Below are positions 55,577 to 64,000 of a DNA stretch of 64,000 nt, one piece after another. The notes beneath the pieces were generated by a model, which saw only the letters and a list, made by a program, of their open reading frames with translations, searched no databases and was not told the origin of the DNA. Location of the stretch: positions 15,113-79,112 of the IMG/VR virus record IMGVR_UViG_3300049460_000150; one strand, given 5' to 3'. The DNA is from a virus. Every line of letters starts with the position of its first letter. Positions within the stretch are counted from its first letter, which is position 1. Position numbers and translations under genes: made by a program.

Positions 55577-56143
55577 TCACTTTGGACCGTCCAGAATCGC
55601 CTTAGCCGCGTCAGGCCATGTCTTCCGGTAGAACTCCTGGTAGCGGGTCACGACCCCCTGGCAGGCCCGCAGCCCATCCGCTACTTGGTCGGCGTCGTCG
55701 GCGAAACGAACAAGAAACTCGACATCCGCGTCTTGAAGTCCGACGCTCTGGGCTGCATTATCTCCGGCGACACCAGCGGTGGCTTTGGCACTGCCGACAC
55801 CGCTTGCGGGGCAGGTCCGTTTGGCAAAGCGGTCTTGCAACTGGAGGTTGTCGCTGCGATAAGCAGCAATGGTAGCATCAGCTTTTTTCTTGTCATTTTC
55901 ACGTTCCTCCAGGTGCTTCTTTTCAATGGCGTTTATGCTGGTCTCAAAGGCCGTTTTTGCCTCCAGTCCTGCCGTCCGCAGTTCCTCTATCTTGCGCTCC
56001 TGCGCCCTGGCAACGTTGAAGGCCGTGTTCTCTGCCACCAGACGTGCCGACCGTGCGCCTGAGTTATAGGCGATAAAACCCGTGCCGATACAGGTCGCGG
56101 TTGCCGCTACCACTAGCGCTGGCACGAAGTATTCCTTAATCAT
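55577..56143 (-). CDS. inner-membrane spanin (Rz-like)
   Basis: N-terminal TM segment, coiled coil, ...AD.....L.ACQ C-terminal motif; follows the endolysin. Confidence 0.8.
   Translation of the reverse strand: MIKEYFVPALVVAATATCIGTGFIAYNSGARSARLVAENTAFNVARAQERKIEELRTAGLEAKTAFETSINAIEKKHLEERENDKKKADATIAAYRSDNLQLQDRFAKRTCPASGVGSAKATAGVAGDNAAQSVGLQDADVEFLVRFADDADQVADGLRACQGVVTRYQEFYRKTWPDAAKAILDGPK
55681..55896 (-). CDS. embedded outer-membrane spanin (Rz1-like lipoprotein)
   Basis: alternate frame inside Rz: MTRKKLMLPLLLIAATTSSC followed by a Pro-rich mature part. Confidence 0.65.
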   Translation of the reverse strand: MTRKKLMLPLLLIAATTSSCKTALPNGPAPQAVSAVPKPPLVSPEIMQPRASDFKTRMSSFLFVSPTTPTK

Positions 56144-56655
56144 TTCGTCACCGCTTTGCGCATGTTGCCAGCTACACGCCGCGCCCAGCCACGACCGTCC
56201 TTATCCCACGTACTACATTTCGTAAAAAATTCCAGGCGTTCAGCCAGGAACAGCATGTTGAATGTCAACGGGTCCATCGCGTGCAATGCGCGAAGCGTAA
56301 CCGGGCCAATCTTTCCATCATCAGCAACACCAAGGGCGCGCTGCATAAACCGCGTCCCGTTTCCCATCCCGTGGTTCACATCGGCGTCGAACAACTGGAA
56401 GGCCACTTCGTAATCGAGCGAATCGCCGTCAAACTTCGACCAGAAATCGGCGCGGTAAATAGCACGCGCATCATCCAGCGTTAGGTTTGGAATGTCCAGG
56501 TTTGGATACGAGCCAGCGGAGAGGCCATACTTGGTGCCGACCAGATTGCCGACGCCGACATGGCCGCTGTCCCAATCCATGCGGTCTTCATTTTCCCTCT
56601 TGAAGCCGCCCTCATTGCCGATCAGCTCGGCAAAAGCTTTCTCGAAATTAGCCAT
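56140..56655 (-). CDS. endolysin, glycoside hydrolase family 108 with peptidoglycan-binding C-terminus
   Basis: NEGG catalytic motif, GTKYG, IYRADFW, FDADVNHG, DGKIGPVT, GWARR. Confidence 0.9.
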   Translation of the reverse strand: MANFEKAFAELIGNEGGFKRENEDRMDWDSGHVGVGNLVGTKYGLSAGSYPNLDIPNLTLDDARAIYRADFWSKFDGDSLDYEVAFQLFDADVNHGMGNGTRFMQRALGVADDGKIGPVTLRALHAMDPLTFNMLFLAERLEFFTKCSTWDKDGRGWARRVAGNMRKAVTK

Positions 56656-56929
56656 TGGTCAACCTGAAGAAACGACGCTCGAAAAACACGAAGATAGCCA
56701 CGCCAACAAAGCTGATCGTGGTCTGCACAGAGGTGACTGAAAAGCCGAAGAAGGGGCCAGCCAGGACGGCCATCGATCCCGTTATCATCAGAATCCAGGC
56801 GGCGCGCACTGGGAAGTAGGTCTTCTTTGTCATAGAGTTTGCCACCTGGAAAACACCACGGTAGACGATGACTAAAGCACTGGCGATATTGACCCACATT
56901 AGGGCCTCGTCCAGATCGCAGGAAAGCAT
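56648..56929 (-). CDS. holin-like membrane protein (3 predicted TM segments)
   Basis: 93 aa, hydrophobic, directly upstream of the endolysin. Confidence 0.65.
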   Translation of the reverse strand: MLSCDLDEALMWVNIASALVIVYRGVFQVANSMTKKTYFPVRAAWILMITGSMAVLAGPFFGFSVTSVQTTISFVGVAIFVFFERRFFRLTNG

Positions 56930-56931
56930 AG

Positions 56932-57300
56932 TTACTCCCCGATTTTCTTGTTGAGCTTGGCAAGCAGGAATGGCATTGCACTTTGACCGGCCAAACCAAT
57001 CCAAGCGGCTACCCCGATGCGGAGGGCATCTTCGCCCACCTTTGCAAGCCAGGGTAGATAGTTCAAAAGGCCGACCGTGCATATCGGAGCGAAGAACCCG
57101 GCAGTCAGGGAGGCAGCAGCCAGTGTGGCAGCGAGGCGGAGTTTCGAGGTGACTGGCATATAAGTGATATAGCACAGGCCACCGAAGAAACCCGCAAGCA
57201 GGGCTTCGTATTCTACCCCGAAAACTGAGCCTGTAATGGTCACGGTGCCTGCTGCGAGCGCGATGCCCGTCGTGGTTGAGCTGACTGGTTCAAGTGCCAT
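56932..57300 (-). CDS. holin/antiholin-like membrane protein
   Basis: 122 aa, about 3 hydrophobic segments, basic C-terminus. Confidence 0.65.
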   Translation of the reverse strand: MALEPVSSTTTGIALAAGTVTITGSVFGVEYEALLAGFFGGLCYITYMPVTSKLRLAATLAAASLTAGFFAPICTVGLLNYLPWLAKVGEDALRIGVAAWIGLAGQSAMPFLLAKLNKKIGE

Positions 57301-57358
57301 TTTATATGATCCTGGTGGGTTTTCAAGATTATACATTAGGTTCCCGTGCGGCAAATAG

Positions 57359-57378
57359 AAAAGCCCCAGAAGGGGCTT
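57359..57378 (-). terminator. intrinsic terminator ending the tail-fibre operon
   Basis: minus strand AAGCCCC-TTCT-GGGGCTTTT. Confidence 0.7.
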
Positions 57379-57401
57379 GATTTAGTTCAAAACGGTCTAG
57401 G

Positions 57402-57704
57402 TCAGTTTAGCTTGTCGGCCCGCTCGATACTTTTCTCACAGTGGTTTTTATCAAACCAGTCTAACCACTTGCACAGCTTACAGGCGGCGTCATTTCCCTC
57501 ACGCGCTTTGCGTCCGGCGCGGCTGCTCAAGGTCTCGTCAGGGTCGCCGTTGAAGGCGGCGTTGGCGAGCTGGTCGTAGGCGATGGCCGTGGCGTGTCCT
57601 GCATCACCACCAAAGATGACGGCCCAAAGGACGCGAACAATCCCCAATAGGTTAGAGACTTGGCCTAACATCAGAAAGCCAAGGAGCGCGATTCGTTTTT
57701 TCAT
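57402..57704 (-). CDS. small membrane-associated phage protein
   Basis: DQLANAAFNGDPDETLSSRAG...C..L...D..HC motif, hydrophobic N-terminus. Confidence 0.65.
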   Translation of the reverse strand: MKKRIALLGFLMLGQVSNLLGIVRVLWAVIFGGDAGHATAIAYDQLANAAFNGDPDETLSSRAGRKAREGNDAACKLCKWLDWFDKNHCEKSIERADKLN

Positions 57705-57707
57705 AGT

Positions 57708-58187
57708 TTAGCCAGTGTAGGAAACAGTCATGGTTGCGTTAATCCCCGTTACAGTAACCGAATGCCCCGCAGAGTCGGACACAACGCACTGCAAAGTGGC
57801 ATTGTACGTGGTATCGGTAGTCTGGCCGTAATTAGCTGTTACGGAACACGTTTGACTTGTGTTAAATGATAGCGCACATCCATTGGGGTTATATGTGAAT
57901 GACCAGCTATACGAATACGGGGCCGTGCCTCCGGCCACATTGACGTACGGGCCACATGAGATAGAACCAGCCGTGGAGTGTCCCTTACTTGCGAATGCGT
58001 TGACACCAGCAGCCGAGAACGAGCTTTTCCCGTAGAAGTCTGAAAAGGCAACCTGGGTGCCACTCCCTGCCTTCCCCGCCAGGGCGCGGATCGTGGCGTG
58101 ATCCAGGTAGATATAAGACCCACCAGAGAAGCCAGCCTCAACCTCGATTGAGTACATGTCTATCTGACCCGAACCTGGAAGGCTCAT
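57708..58187 (-). CDS. tail-fibre-associated Ig-like protein (gp38-like N-terminus)
   Basis: MSLPGSGQI...IRALAGK...FSDFYGKS N-terminus plus GGTAPYSYSW...V.DS.G Ig-like segment. Confidence 0.55.
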   Translation of the reverse strand: MSLPGSGQIDMYSIEVEAGFSGGSYIYLDHATIRALAGKAGSGTQVAFSDFYGKSSFSAAGVNAFASKGHSTAGSISCGPYVNVAGGTAPYSYSWSFTYNPNGCALSFNTSQTCSVTANYGQTTDTTYNATLQCVVSDSAGHSVTVTGINATMTVSYTG

Positions 58188-58843
58188 GGCAAGGCCCTCG
58201 CAATCGCATAAACCTGATCGATGATCTGCCCGTGAGCGGCATACGCTTCTTCCAGTGTCTCCGCATTTTTCACCCGGTACTTGAGCATACGCAAATCACC
58301 CAGGTCGGCAACGGCGGCACGGTATGTGTCGGCTTGGGAGATAATGAGGTCGGCACAGAGCTGGTACGAGATGCCGTTCTCATCGGCAAAAGTCGTGATC
58401 CATTTCGTGGGGTCTGTCGTGTAACCAGACGCCTTATACTCACGGGCCTTTTCCTCGCGCATCACGTATTCAATTTCGAAGCGTGTGTACTGTCCATAAA
58501 CAGAGGCCACGTTGGTGTCGATCTGAGCCATCAGATTGGCCTTTATCATGTCAAGGCTTGGAGGCGGCGGTGGGGGCGGCGCTACATAGATAGGGGTTTG
58601 GAACCTTAAAAGGCTGATACGCAGTTCTTCCTTCATGCCCATGTCTTCGGCGTAAGCCATCAGCATTTCGCTCAAGGTTTCTTCGTCAGGTTGCGGCGAC
58701 GGGTTTTCACCGGCCCGCCACTCCATATCACGGCTTTCAACGTGGCCGATGTCATCCCAGGCGTTGATAACAAAGCGCACAGCAACCATGAGGCCGTCTT
58801 CGTCCAGCTCCGGCATCGCGTTGGTTATAGAATATTGGTTCAT
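58184..58843 (-). CDS. tail fibre assembly-like protein
   Basis: follows the fibre gene; Pro run then helical EY..RE..A..Y domain. Confidence 0.55.
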   Translation of the reverse strand: MNQYSITNAMPELDEDGLMVAVRFVINAWDDIGHVESRDMEWRAGENPSPQPDEETLSEMLMAYAEDMGMKEELRISLLRFQTPIYVAPPPPPPPSLDMIKANLMAQIDTNVASVYGQYTRFEIEYVMREEKAREYKASGYTTDPTKWITTFADENGISYQLCADLIISQADTYRAAVADLGDLRMLKYRVKNAETLEEAYAAHGQIIDQVYAIARALP

Positions 58844-61800
58844 TACATTCCCACCTTTTCAATCAAAAGTTTAATCAGGGCGTCCTGCTTACGCAACTGG
58901 GCGCGCAGCTCAAGAACTTCTTTCGCAAGTTCGATGGTGGCTACGGAGGCAGCGGCACCGTAGTTCACAGTCAGATAACCATCTGCCGTTTCACATACAG
59001 CATTAGGTAGAATCTTCTGCACGTCTTGTGCAGACATACCAACTTGTGTCTCACCCGTATCGATGCGGTCGTAAACGCCATGCTTTACCCGCGCCCATTC
59101 CTGGAGGAAAGTCACAGACAAATCGCGCCAGTTTGTTTTCAGGCGCTCATCGGAGTAAGCCACGATGTTACCTGCGGCATAGAAATCGCCAGCACTCAAT
59201 CCAAATGAGAACCTGCTTGCGGCAGTAGACCAGCCGCCGATGCGGAGAAAGTTGTCTGGGTCGAGGCCAAAGTTGACGCCGTAAAGACCTTCGCGGAGGA
59301 ACGACATGCCCGCCGCGCCGCCGTCGGTCGAGTACATCAAACCCGAATAGTAGAGATTATTACCCGAATACGAGTTGTTACCTTTGTTGGCTTTGAAGGT
59401 CTGACGACCCTCCCACGTATTGGCCTGACTCAAGGCTGTACCGCTAAGGCCGTTTGCGCTGTAAACCGTAAGGCTATTTGCCGTGCCAGTAAGGCCAGCG
59501 CCAGAGCCGTTAAACTGCGTAGTAGAAAGCACGCCGCTGCCATCCAGCCACATCCGCGCAGTCATCGTGCTGGCACCAGAGCCGAAACCCCACGTCCATA
59601 CGCCTGACTGCGCCCACGCCATAAAAGTGGAAGTACCGTCGATCATTTTGTAACCGCCGCCGAATGAACCACTCGTGGTTATGGCTGCGTTACTGCTACT
59701 TGGCCCGCCGTTAGCATTAACCTGAGCGGGGCCAGTCTGCGTCGTAGCACCAGAATCGGCCATGCCCCAGATGATGGCGTTTTGAGCGTCATTCACAACT
59801 TCTAGTGAGCCAGCTCGGACACGGACTGTCTTGCTAGGCGTGGTGGCCCCGTTACCCAGCATGTAAACCTGCGCACCATTCCCTGCCGTATTCCGCACGT
59901 TAAAGTTGAAACCGCCCGCCACGGTCACGTCGCTAGTCAAAGTGCCGGTTATGGTGTCGCCGACCTTACTAACTTTCAACGCCGCAATGGCATCAGCGTA
60001 TGCTGTAGTAGCAACGGCAGTGCTGTTGTTGCCCGGCGTTTGGGTCGCTACATTAACAGGGCCGTTATGATTAACGACCATAGCGCCGTTACCCATCGTG
60101 ACAGCACCGCTAGTGTCACTGACATAAAAAGGGCGTAGCGCGTTATAACTGCCATCGGCATCGTTGTTCGCTGTCAGCATCAGGTACAGAGCCGAGCCGT
60201 CATTGAGCCAGAAGGAGCCGATCCCGTTGGCCGAGGTGCTTGTTTTCAGTCGGTAACTACTTCCCCCCGTCGAGGTATAAGACGGTGCTGTGGCAACACC
60301 CGTGAACGTGGGGCTTGCGACAGGAGCGCGTGCTGTGCTGTCCACGGCGTTGATCGTGATATTTGTGGAGCCGTCAAACGTCGTACCATTGATCGTACGT
60401 CCGGTCGCCAGTTTCGTGGCTGTGGCAGCGTTGCCCGTCACGTTGCCAGAGGCGTCGATATTGAAGGCCACGATTTTAGCCAAAACTCCACTGGCGGCGA
60501 CACCATTCCAGACGTTAACCTGGGTGATAGCTCCGGTAGCGCCACGATAGTTCAAGTTCAACTGCCCGCCAGCGAAGCCGTTAGCCAACGTCATTTCGTT
60601 GGTGTTATCAACGTTCTTGTAGCCGGTCAAATTACCAGCGAAGTTTGGACCAGTAACCGTACCAGTAAAGGTCGGATTGGCGATGTTGGCTTTCAGCGCG
60701 TCGGCAGCGGCTTGCGCGGTCGAAACCGGCTTGTTGATATCGCTCGTGTTATCTACGTTTGCGAGACCAACATCGGCCTTCAAACCGGAGGTGGCGACAG
60801 CAGCCAGACCGAGGTTGGTTACAGCGTTCGCTTTCTGGCCTGCCGTCAGACCTTGTGTAGACACATCCACGCGCAAACGATTGCCGAGTGCGGTGGCATT
60901 TGTCGCAGCAAAGTTTGCGTCGTTACCGATGGCGTTTGAGAACTCACTAAGCGTGTCCAGCAGGGCCGACGAGCCGTTGACGATATCCGCCTTAACTTGC
61001 GCTGCTGCCGCGTCCGCGTAGGCGGTTGTAGCAACCGTGGTGCTGTTGTCCAGAGGGGCCTGGGTGGTGACGGTGACGCGCCCACCATGGGCGACGGCCA
61101 AAGCACCGCCGCCCAAGGATACGTCACCCGTGGCGAGCGTGACGGTAATAGGGCGGAGGGCATTTTGTGCGCCGTCAGCATCCCCGTTGTTGGTCATCAT
61201 CACGTAGAAAGAGCCGCCATCTCGGCGGAGGATGGTGCCTATGCCACCAGTCCCGGTGGTGGGCTTCATGCGCAGGCCATTGAAGGCCGTGGAGACATAA
61301 GATGGACCAGTCTCGGTTCCGGTGAAGGTAGGATTGCTCTTGTCCAGCTTCAAATCCAGCGCGGTCTGTTGAGGCCCAGAAACCGGCTTGGCGGCGTCGG
61401 CGGTATTGTCTGCGTTTGCGAGGCCAACATCAGCCTTCAAACCAGAGGTGGCGACAGCCGCCAACACTGGCTTGTTTTGGATGTAGCCTTTTTGGGTGTT
61501 ATCGGTCTCAGTCCAGTTCGACTGGATTTGACCAGTCGTGGCCTGCTGGGCGCTGGCGGCGGCAGCGGCGGCAGAATCAGCAGCTTCATTAGCCTTCGTC
61601 GTGGCCGTGCTGGCGCTGGCGGCAGCGTTGGTTTCTGACGTGGCCGCGTTCGTTGCCTTCGTGGTCGCAGTCGTAGCGCTGGCTGCGGCGGCGGTCTTGG
61701 AGTCATCAGCGGCGGTGGCGCTGGTAGCGGCGGCTGCGGCGCTGGCGGCGGCGGCGGTCTTGGAGCCATCAGCGGCAGTCGCGGAACCGGCAGCATCCGA

Positions 61801-62742
61801 GGCTTTTGTCGTGGCGGTTGCAGCGCTGGCGGCAGCGTTGGTTTCGGACGTGGCAGCGTTCGCGGCTTTCGTCGTGGCCGTGGTGGCAGAACCAGCGGCG
61901 GCAACGGCGCTGGTATTGGCAGCGGTGGCCGACACACCAGCAGCGGTGGACGAAGCCAGGGCGTCGGCGGCGTATTTCTTAGCGCCGAAACCTTGACCGG
62001 CCACAACTTCCGAAGTGGTCTTGGTGGCCCAGTCTTGGGCCAGGGTGGCGGAGGTGCCAGCGGTGGCGGCGCTTGTAGCGGCGGCGGTGGCGCTCGCGGC
62101 GGCGGCGTTCTTGGAGGCCAGGGCGTTGGTCTCGGAGGTCAGGGCGGCGGCGGCGCTCGCGGCGGTGGCGGTCTTGGAGGTGTCGGCAGCGGCGGCGCTC
62201 GCGGCGGCGGCGGTCTTGGAGGTGTCGGCAGCGGCGGCGCTCGCGGCGGCGGCGGTCTTGGAGGTGTCGGCAGCGGCGGCGCTCCCTGCGGCGGCGGTCT
62301 TCGAAGCCAGGGCGGCGGTCGCGGAACCATCAGCGGCGGCGGCGCTCCCTGCGGCGGCGGTCTTGGAGCCGTCAGCGGAGGTGGCGCTGACGGCGGCAGC
62401 AGCCTCCGACGCGGCAGCGGCGGCGGCTTTCGCGGTGGCGGTAGCGGCGGCGGCAGCTATGGAGTTTGCCGAAGACGCAGCGGCAGTTGCGCTCCCTGCG
62501 GCGGCGGTAGCGCTCCCGGCAGCGGCGGCGACGGCAGCGTTGATGGTATCATTTGCGGCCACGACATCCACGAGGTCTTGACGGCGTAGCATTTCTTCGC
62601 CGCCCATCTTGATCCCGTCGTGGACACGCAAGCCACGCTTTTGCATGTCAATCGTGACCTCGCCAGAGTGGCCTTTGTAGACATCGTTTTGAGCGGTGTT
62701 ACCGCGCTTGAACGGCACCTTGATAGTACGTTGATCCGCCAT
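58843..62742 (-). CDS. long tail fibre with Mtd_N-like N-terminus and C-terminal intramolecular chaperone (peptidase S74-like)
   Basis: KRG.TA....Y.G..GE...D......VHDG N-terminus, Ala/Thr/Ser repeats, YSDERLK cleavage motif, G.SAQDVQ...P.AV, VNYG, C-terminal coiled coil. Confidence 0.88.
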   Translation of the reverse strand: MADQRTIKVPFKRGNTAQNDVYKGHSGEVTIDMQKRGLRVHDGIKMGGEEMLRRQDLVDVVAANDTINAAVAAAAGSATAAAGSATAAASSANSIAAAAATATAKAAAAAASEAAAAVSATSADGSKTAAAGSAAAADGSATAALASKTAAAGSAAAADTSKTAAAASAAAADTSKTAAAASAAAADTSKTATAASAAAALTSETNALASKNAAAASATAAATSAATAGTSATLAQDWATKTTSEVVAGQGFGAKKYAADALASSTAAGVSATAANTSAVAAAGSATTATTKAANAATSETNAAASAATATTKASDAAGSATAADGSKTAAAASAAAAATSATAADDSKTAAAASATTATTKATNAATSETNAAASASTATTKANEAADSAAAAAASAQQATTGQIQSNWTETDNTQKGYIQNKPVLAAVATSGLKADVGLANADNTADAAKPVSGPQQTALDLKLDKSNPTFTGTETGPSYVSTAFNGLRMKPTTGTGGIGTILRRDGGSFYVMMTNNGDADGAQNALRPITVTLATGDVSLGGGALAVAHGGRVTVTTQAPLDNSTTVATTAYADAAAAQVKADIVNGSSALLDTLSEFSNAIGNDANFAATNATALGNRLRVDVSTQGLTAGQKANAVTNLGLAAVATSGLKADVGLANVDNTSDINKPVSTAQAAADALKANIANPTFTGTVTGPNFAGNLTGYKNVDNTNEMTLANGFAGGQLNLNYRGATGAITQVNVWNGVAASGVLAKIVAFNIDASGNVTGNAATATKLATGRTINGTTFDGSTNITINAVDSTARAPVASPTFTGVATAPSYTSTGGSSYRLKTSTSANGIGSFWLNDGSALYLMLTANNDADGSYNALRPFYVSDTSGAVTMGNGAMVVNHNGPVNVATQTPGNNSTAVATTAYADAIAALKVSKVGDTITGTLTSDVTVAGGFNFNVRNTAGNGAQVYMLGNGATTPSKTVRVRAGSLEVVNDAQNAIIWGMADSGATTQTGPAQVNANGGPSSSNAAITTSGSFGGGYKMIDGTSTFMAWAQSGVWTWGFGSGASTMTARMWLDGSGVLSTTQFNGSGAGLTGTANSLTVYSANGLSGTALSQANTWEGRQTFKANKGNNSYSGNNLYYSGLMYSTDGGAAGMSFLREGLYGVNFGLDPDNFLRIGGWSTAASRFSFGLSAGDFYAAGNIVAYSDERLKTNWRDLSVTFLQEWARVKHGVYDRIDTGETQVGMSAQDVQKILPNAVCETADGYLTVNYGAAASVATIELAKEVLELRAQLRKQDALIKLLIEKVGM
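62143..62370 (-). repeat. 42-bp in-frame tandem repeats (AAAASAAAADTSKT) in the tail fibre
   Basis: near-identical units visible in both DNA and protein. Confidence 0.8.
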
Positions 62743-62752
62743 GTTATTTTCC

Positions 62753-63163
62753 TTAAATTAAGTCCAGCGCTTTCTGCGCTTGTCGAGTTGCTGATACCAC
62801 GAGCGAAATTGACGCTAATGAATCAAGACGATTCTTGGCCTCCAAACGCACAGATTCGATGTTAGGCCCTATCACAAAATTCCAGTAGTCGCCCAGGTTC
62901 TTGATGAGCGTGGCGGTCGCCTCTGGCGTGGACCCTGTTCGTGTGGCTTCTTGCGTCACCCAGGGATGCAATTCTGGCGGCGGCGTACCGTCCCAGCCGA
63001 GGAACGATTTGGCGTCAGCATACTTGGCGGAATAAGTCGCCTCCTGCCCAGGCGCAACGGTGAGGTAGCGGGCGCGGGCTTTCCCGGCGCTCGCGTCGAT
63101 CTGTTCCTTGCCCCATACTACTGCGGCGGCAAGGCTGCTAAAATTGTGTGCCTCAAGTCGCAT
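62753..63163 (-). CDS. tail-associated protein
   Basis: IDASAG.AR.RY.T..PGQ.ATY..K motif; tail region. Confidence 0.6.
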   Translation of the reverse strand: MRLEAHNFSSLAAAVVWGKEQIDASAGKARARYLTVAPGQEATYSAKYADAKSFLGWDGTPPPELHPWVTQEATRTGSTPEATATLIKNLGDYWNFVIGPNIESVRLEAKNRLDSLASISLVVSATRQAQKALDLI

Positions 63164-63674
63164 TTATTTTTCTCGTTTCAGTGATGTATGGAAAGCTCTC
63201 AAACTCAACCTTGTATTCCCCTTGGAGAGACATCACCAAGGTAACGTCGCCTGTCTCCGTAACACCGTGCATCAGCACGGGGCCTGTCAGCGTCACAGAA
63301 GTGGGAGTTGGCAAACCATTGATAACAAGCTCGGTTTCGCCATCAGCCACAACAGTAAGATCACCAGCGGGGAGTCCCATGACAGGACGCTCGACAGCCT
63401 CCCCGTCCACGACGTAATACTTTCTCCCGTCGAACATGCCATCAATCAAAGGCCCTTGCTGCTTATGAAGTTCCAGCTCAAAAGCATTGCAAGTCCCTGA
63501 CGACAAAATCCAGCCACGGCTAGAGTCATATTTCGTGTAACTAAGGAGAGGGACAGGGACTACTCCATCTCCCCCGCCTTCGTCTAGTCCAGGAAACGAG
63601 ACCTCATCCACATTTTCAAGCAGATGCTTATTGGGGAAAATCTCCCCGTCGGTTGGTTCGTAGTTGTTGTCCAT
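63153..63674 (-). CDS. tail-associated protein
   Basis: 173 aa coupled ORF in the tail operon. Confidence 0.55.
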   Translation of the reverse strand: MDNNYEPTDGEIFPNKHLLENVDEVSFPGLDEGGGDGVVPVPLLSYTKYDSSRGWILSSGTCNAFELELHKQQGPLIDGMFDGRKYYVVDGEAVERPVMGLPAGDLTVVADGETELVINGLPTPTSVTLTGPVLMHGVTETGDVTLVMSLQGEYKVEFESFPYITETRKINAT

Positions 63675-63675
63675 T

Positions 63676-64000
63676 TTATCGTTTCGATGCCAGCAAAGTC
63701 ATGGACCAGTAGCCCAAGCTCCAAACTTGATTAATTGATTCGTTTTGAAAGCGTATATTAAAAGTGTAAGTACCAGGGCCTAAATACACCCGCGCTGTCC
63801 CGGTGTGTGAGGTCCTACGTTCTGCGAATCCTGACCGCGACAGATGCGCGAAATTATTGCCGTTATAATCAAGATAAACGCCCGTGTTGGCCCCATCCAT
63901 AACGTCCGCATCCCAGTTAATAAGAAACACGAAATTCGTGGCGACATTCTCTGGGATATTAACGATAATGCTCCCCACCACAGGCGCGTAAGCACCGAAC
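63676..64000 (-). CDS. C-terminus of a tail/host-specificity protein (partial)
   Basis: frame open to the window end; beta-rich C-terminal domain. Confidence 0.5.
   Translation of the reverse strand, partial: FGAYAPVVGSIIVNIPENVATNFVFLINWDADVMDGANTGVYLDYNGNNFAHLSRSGFAERRTSHTGTARVYLGPGTYTFNIRFQNESINQVWSLGYWSMTLLASKR

Noticed and set aside
58843-62742. Diversity-generating retroelement suggested by the Mtd_N-like N-terminus
   Set aside because: No reverse transcriptase and no template/variable repeat pair differing at adenines seen in the window; the fibre ends in a chaperone domain.

Overview
The window is about 64 kb of a tailed dsDNA phage genome (Caudoviricetes). It looks lytic, since no integrase or clear CI-type repressor is visible, and the lysis genes point to a Gram-negative host. 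Layout: (1) minus-strand head and packaging module (adaptor, major capsid, decoration, protease/scaffold, portal, terminase large subunit; 1-7.9 kb); (2) divergent primase-polymerase/SF3 helicase and a pair of paralogous unknown proteins (8-13.4 kb); (3) a repeat-rich, mostly non-coding control region (about 14.2-15.7 kb); (4) a plus-strand array of about 50 small early genes (13.5-34 kb); (5) DNA metabolism genes (SNF2-like helicase, TopoVI-A-like protein, 5'-3' exonuclease, PolA, resolvase, SbcCD-like pair, NAD+ ligase, ThyA; 34-55.5 kb); (6) minus-strand lysis cassette and tail fibre genes (55.6-64 kb). The most striking unexplained signals are cis-acting. An 18-bp palindrome, GGTCCCG-N4-CGGGACC, occurs 20 times, only between 12.5 and 29.3 kb, and mostly at the junctions of small genes. 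An oriC-like module has seven DnaA boxes and four Fis-consensus sites. A 17-bp palindrome, GGATGATA-N-TATCATCC, is shared between that module and the promoter region of the primase operon. A paralogous protein pair sits at the edge of this region, and the early region carries a ClpX homologue lacking its IGF and pore-loop elements. All product calls come from reading motifs by eye; no database searches were run, and copy counts come from a manual scan.
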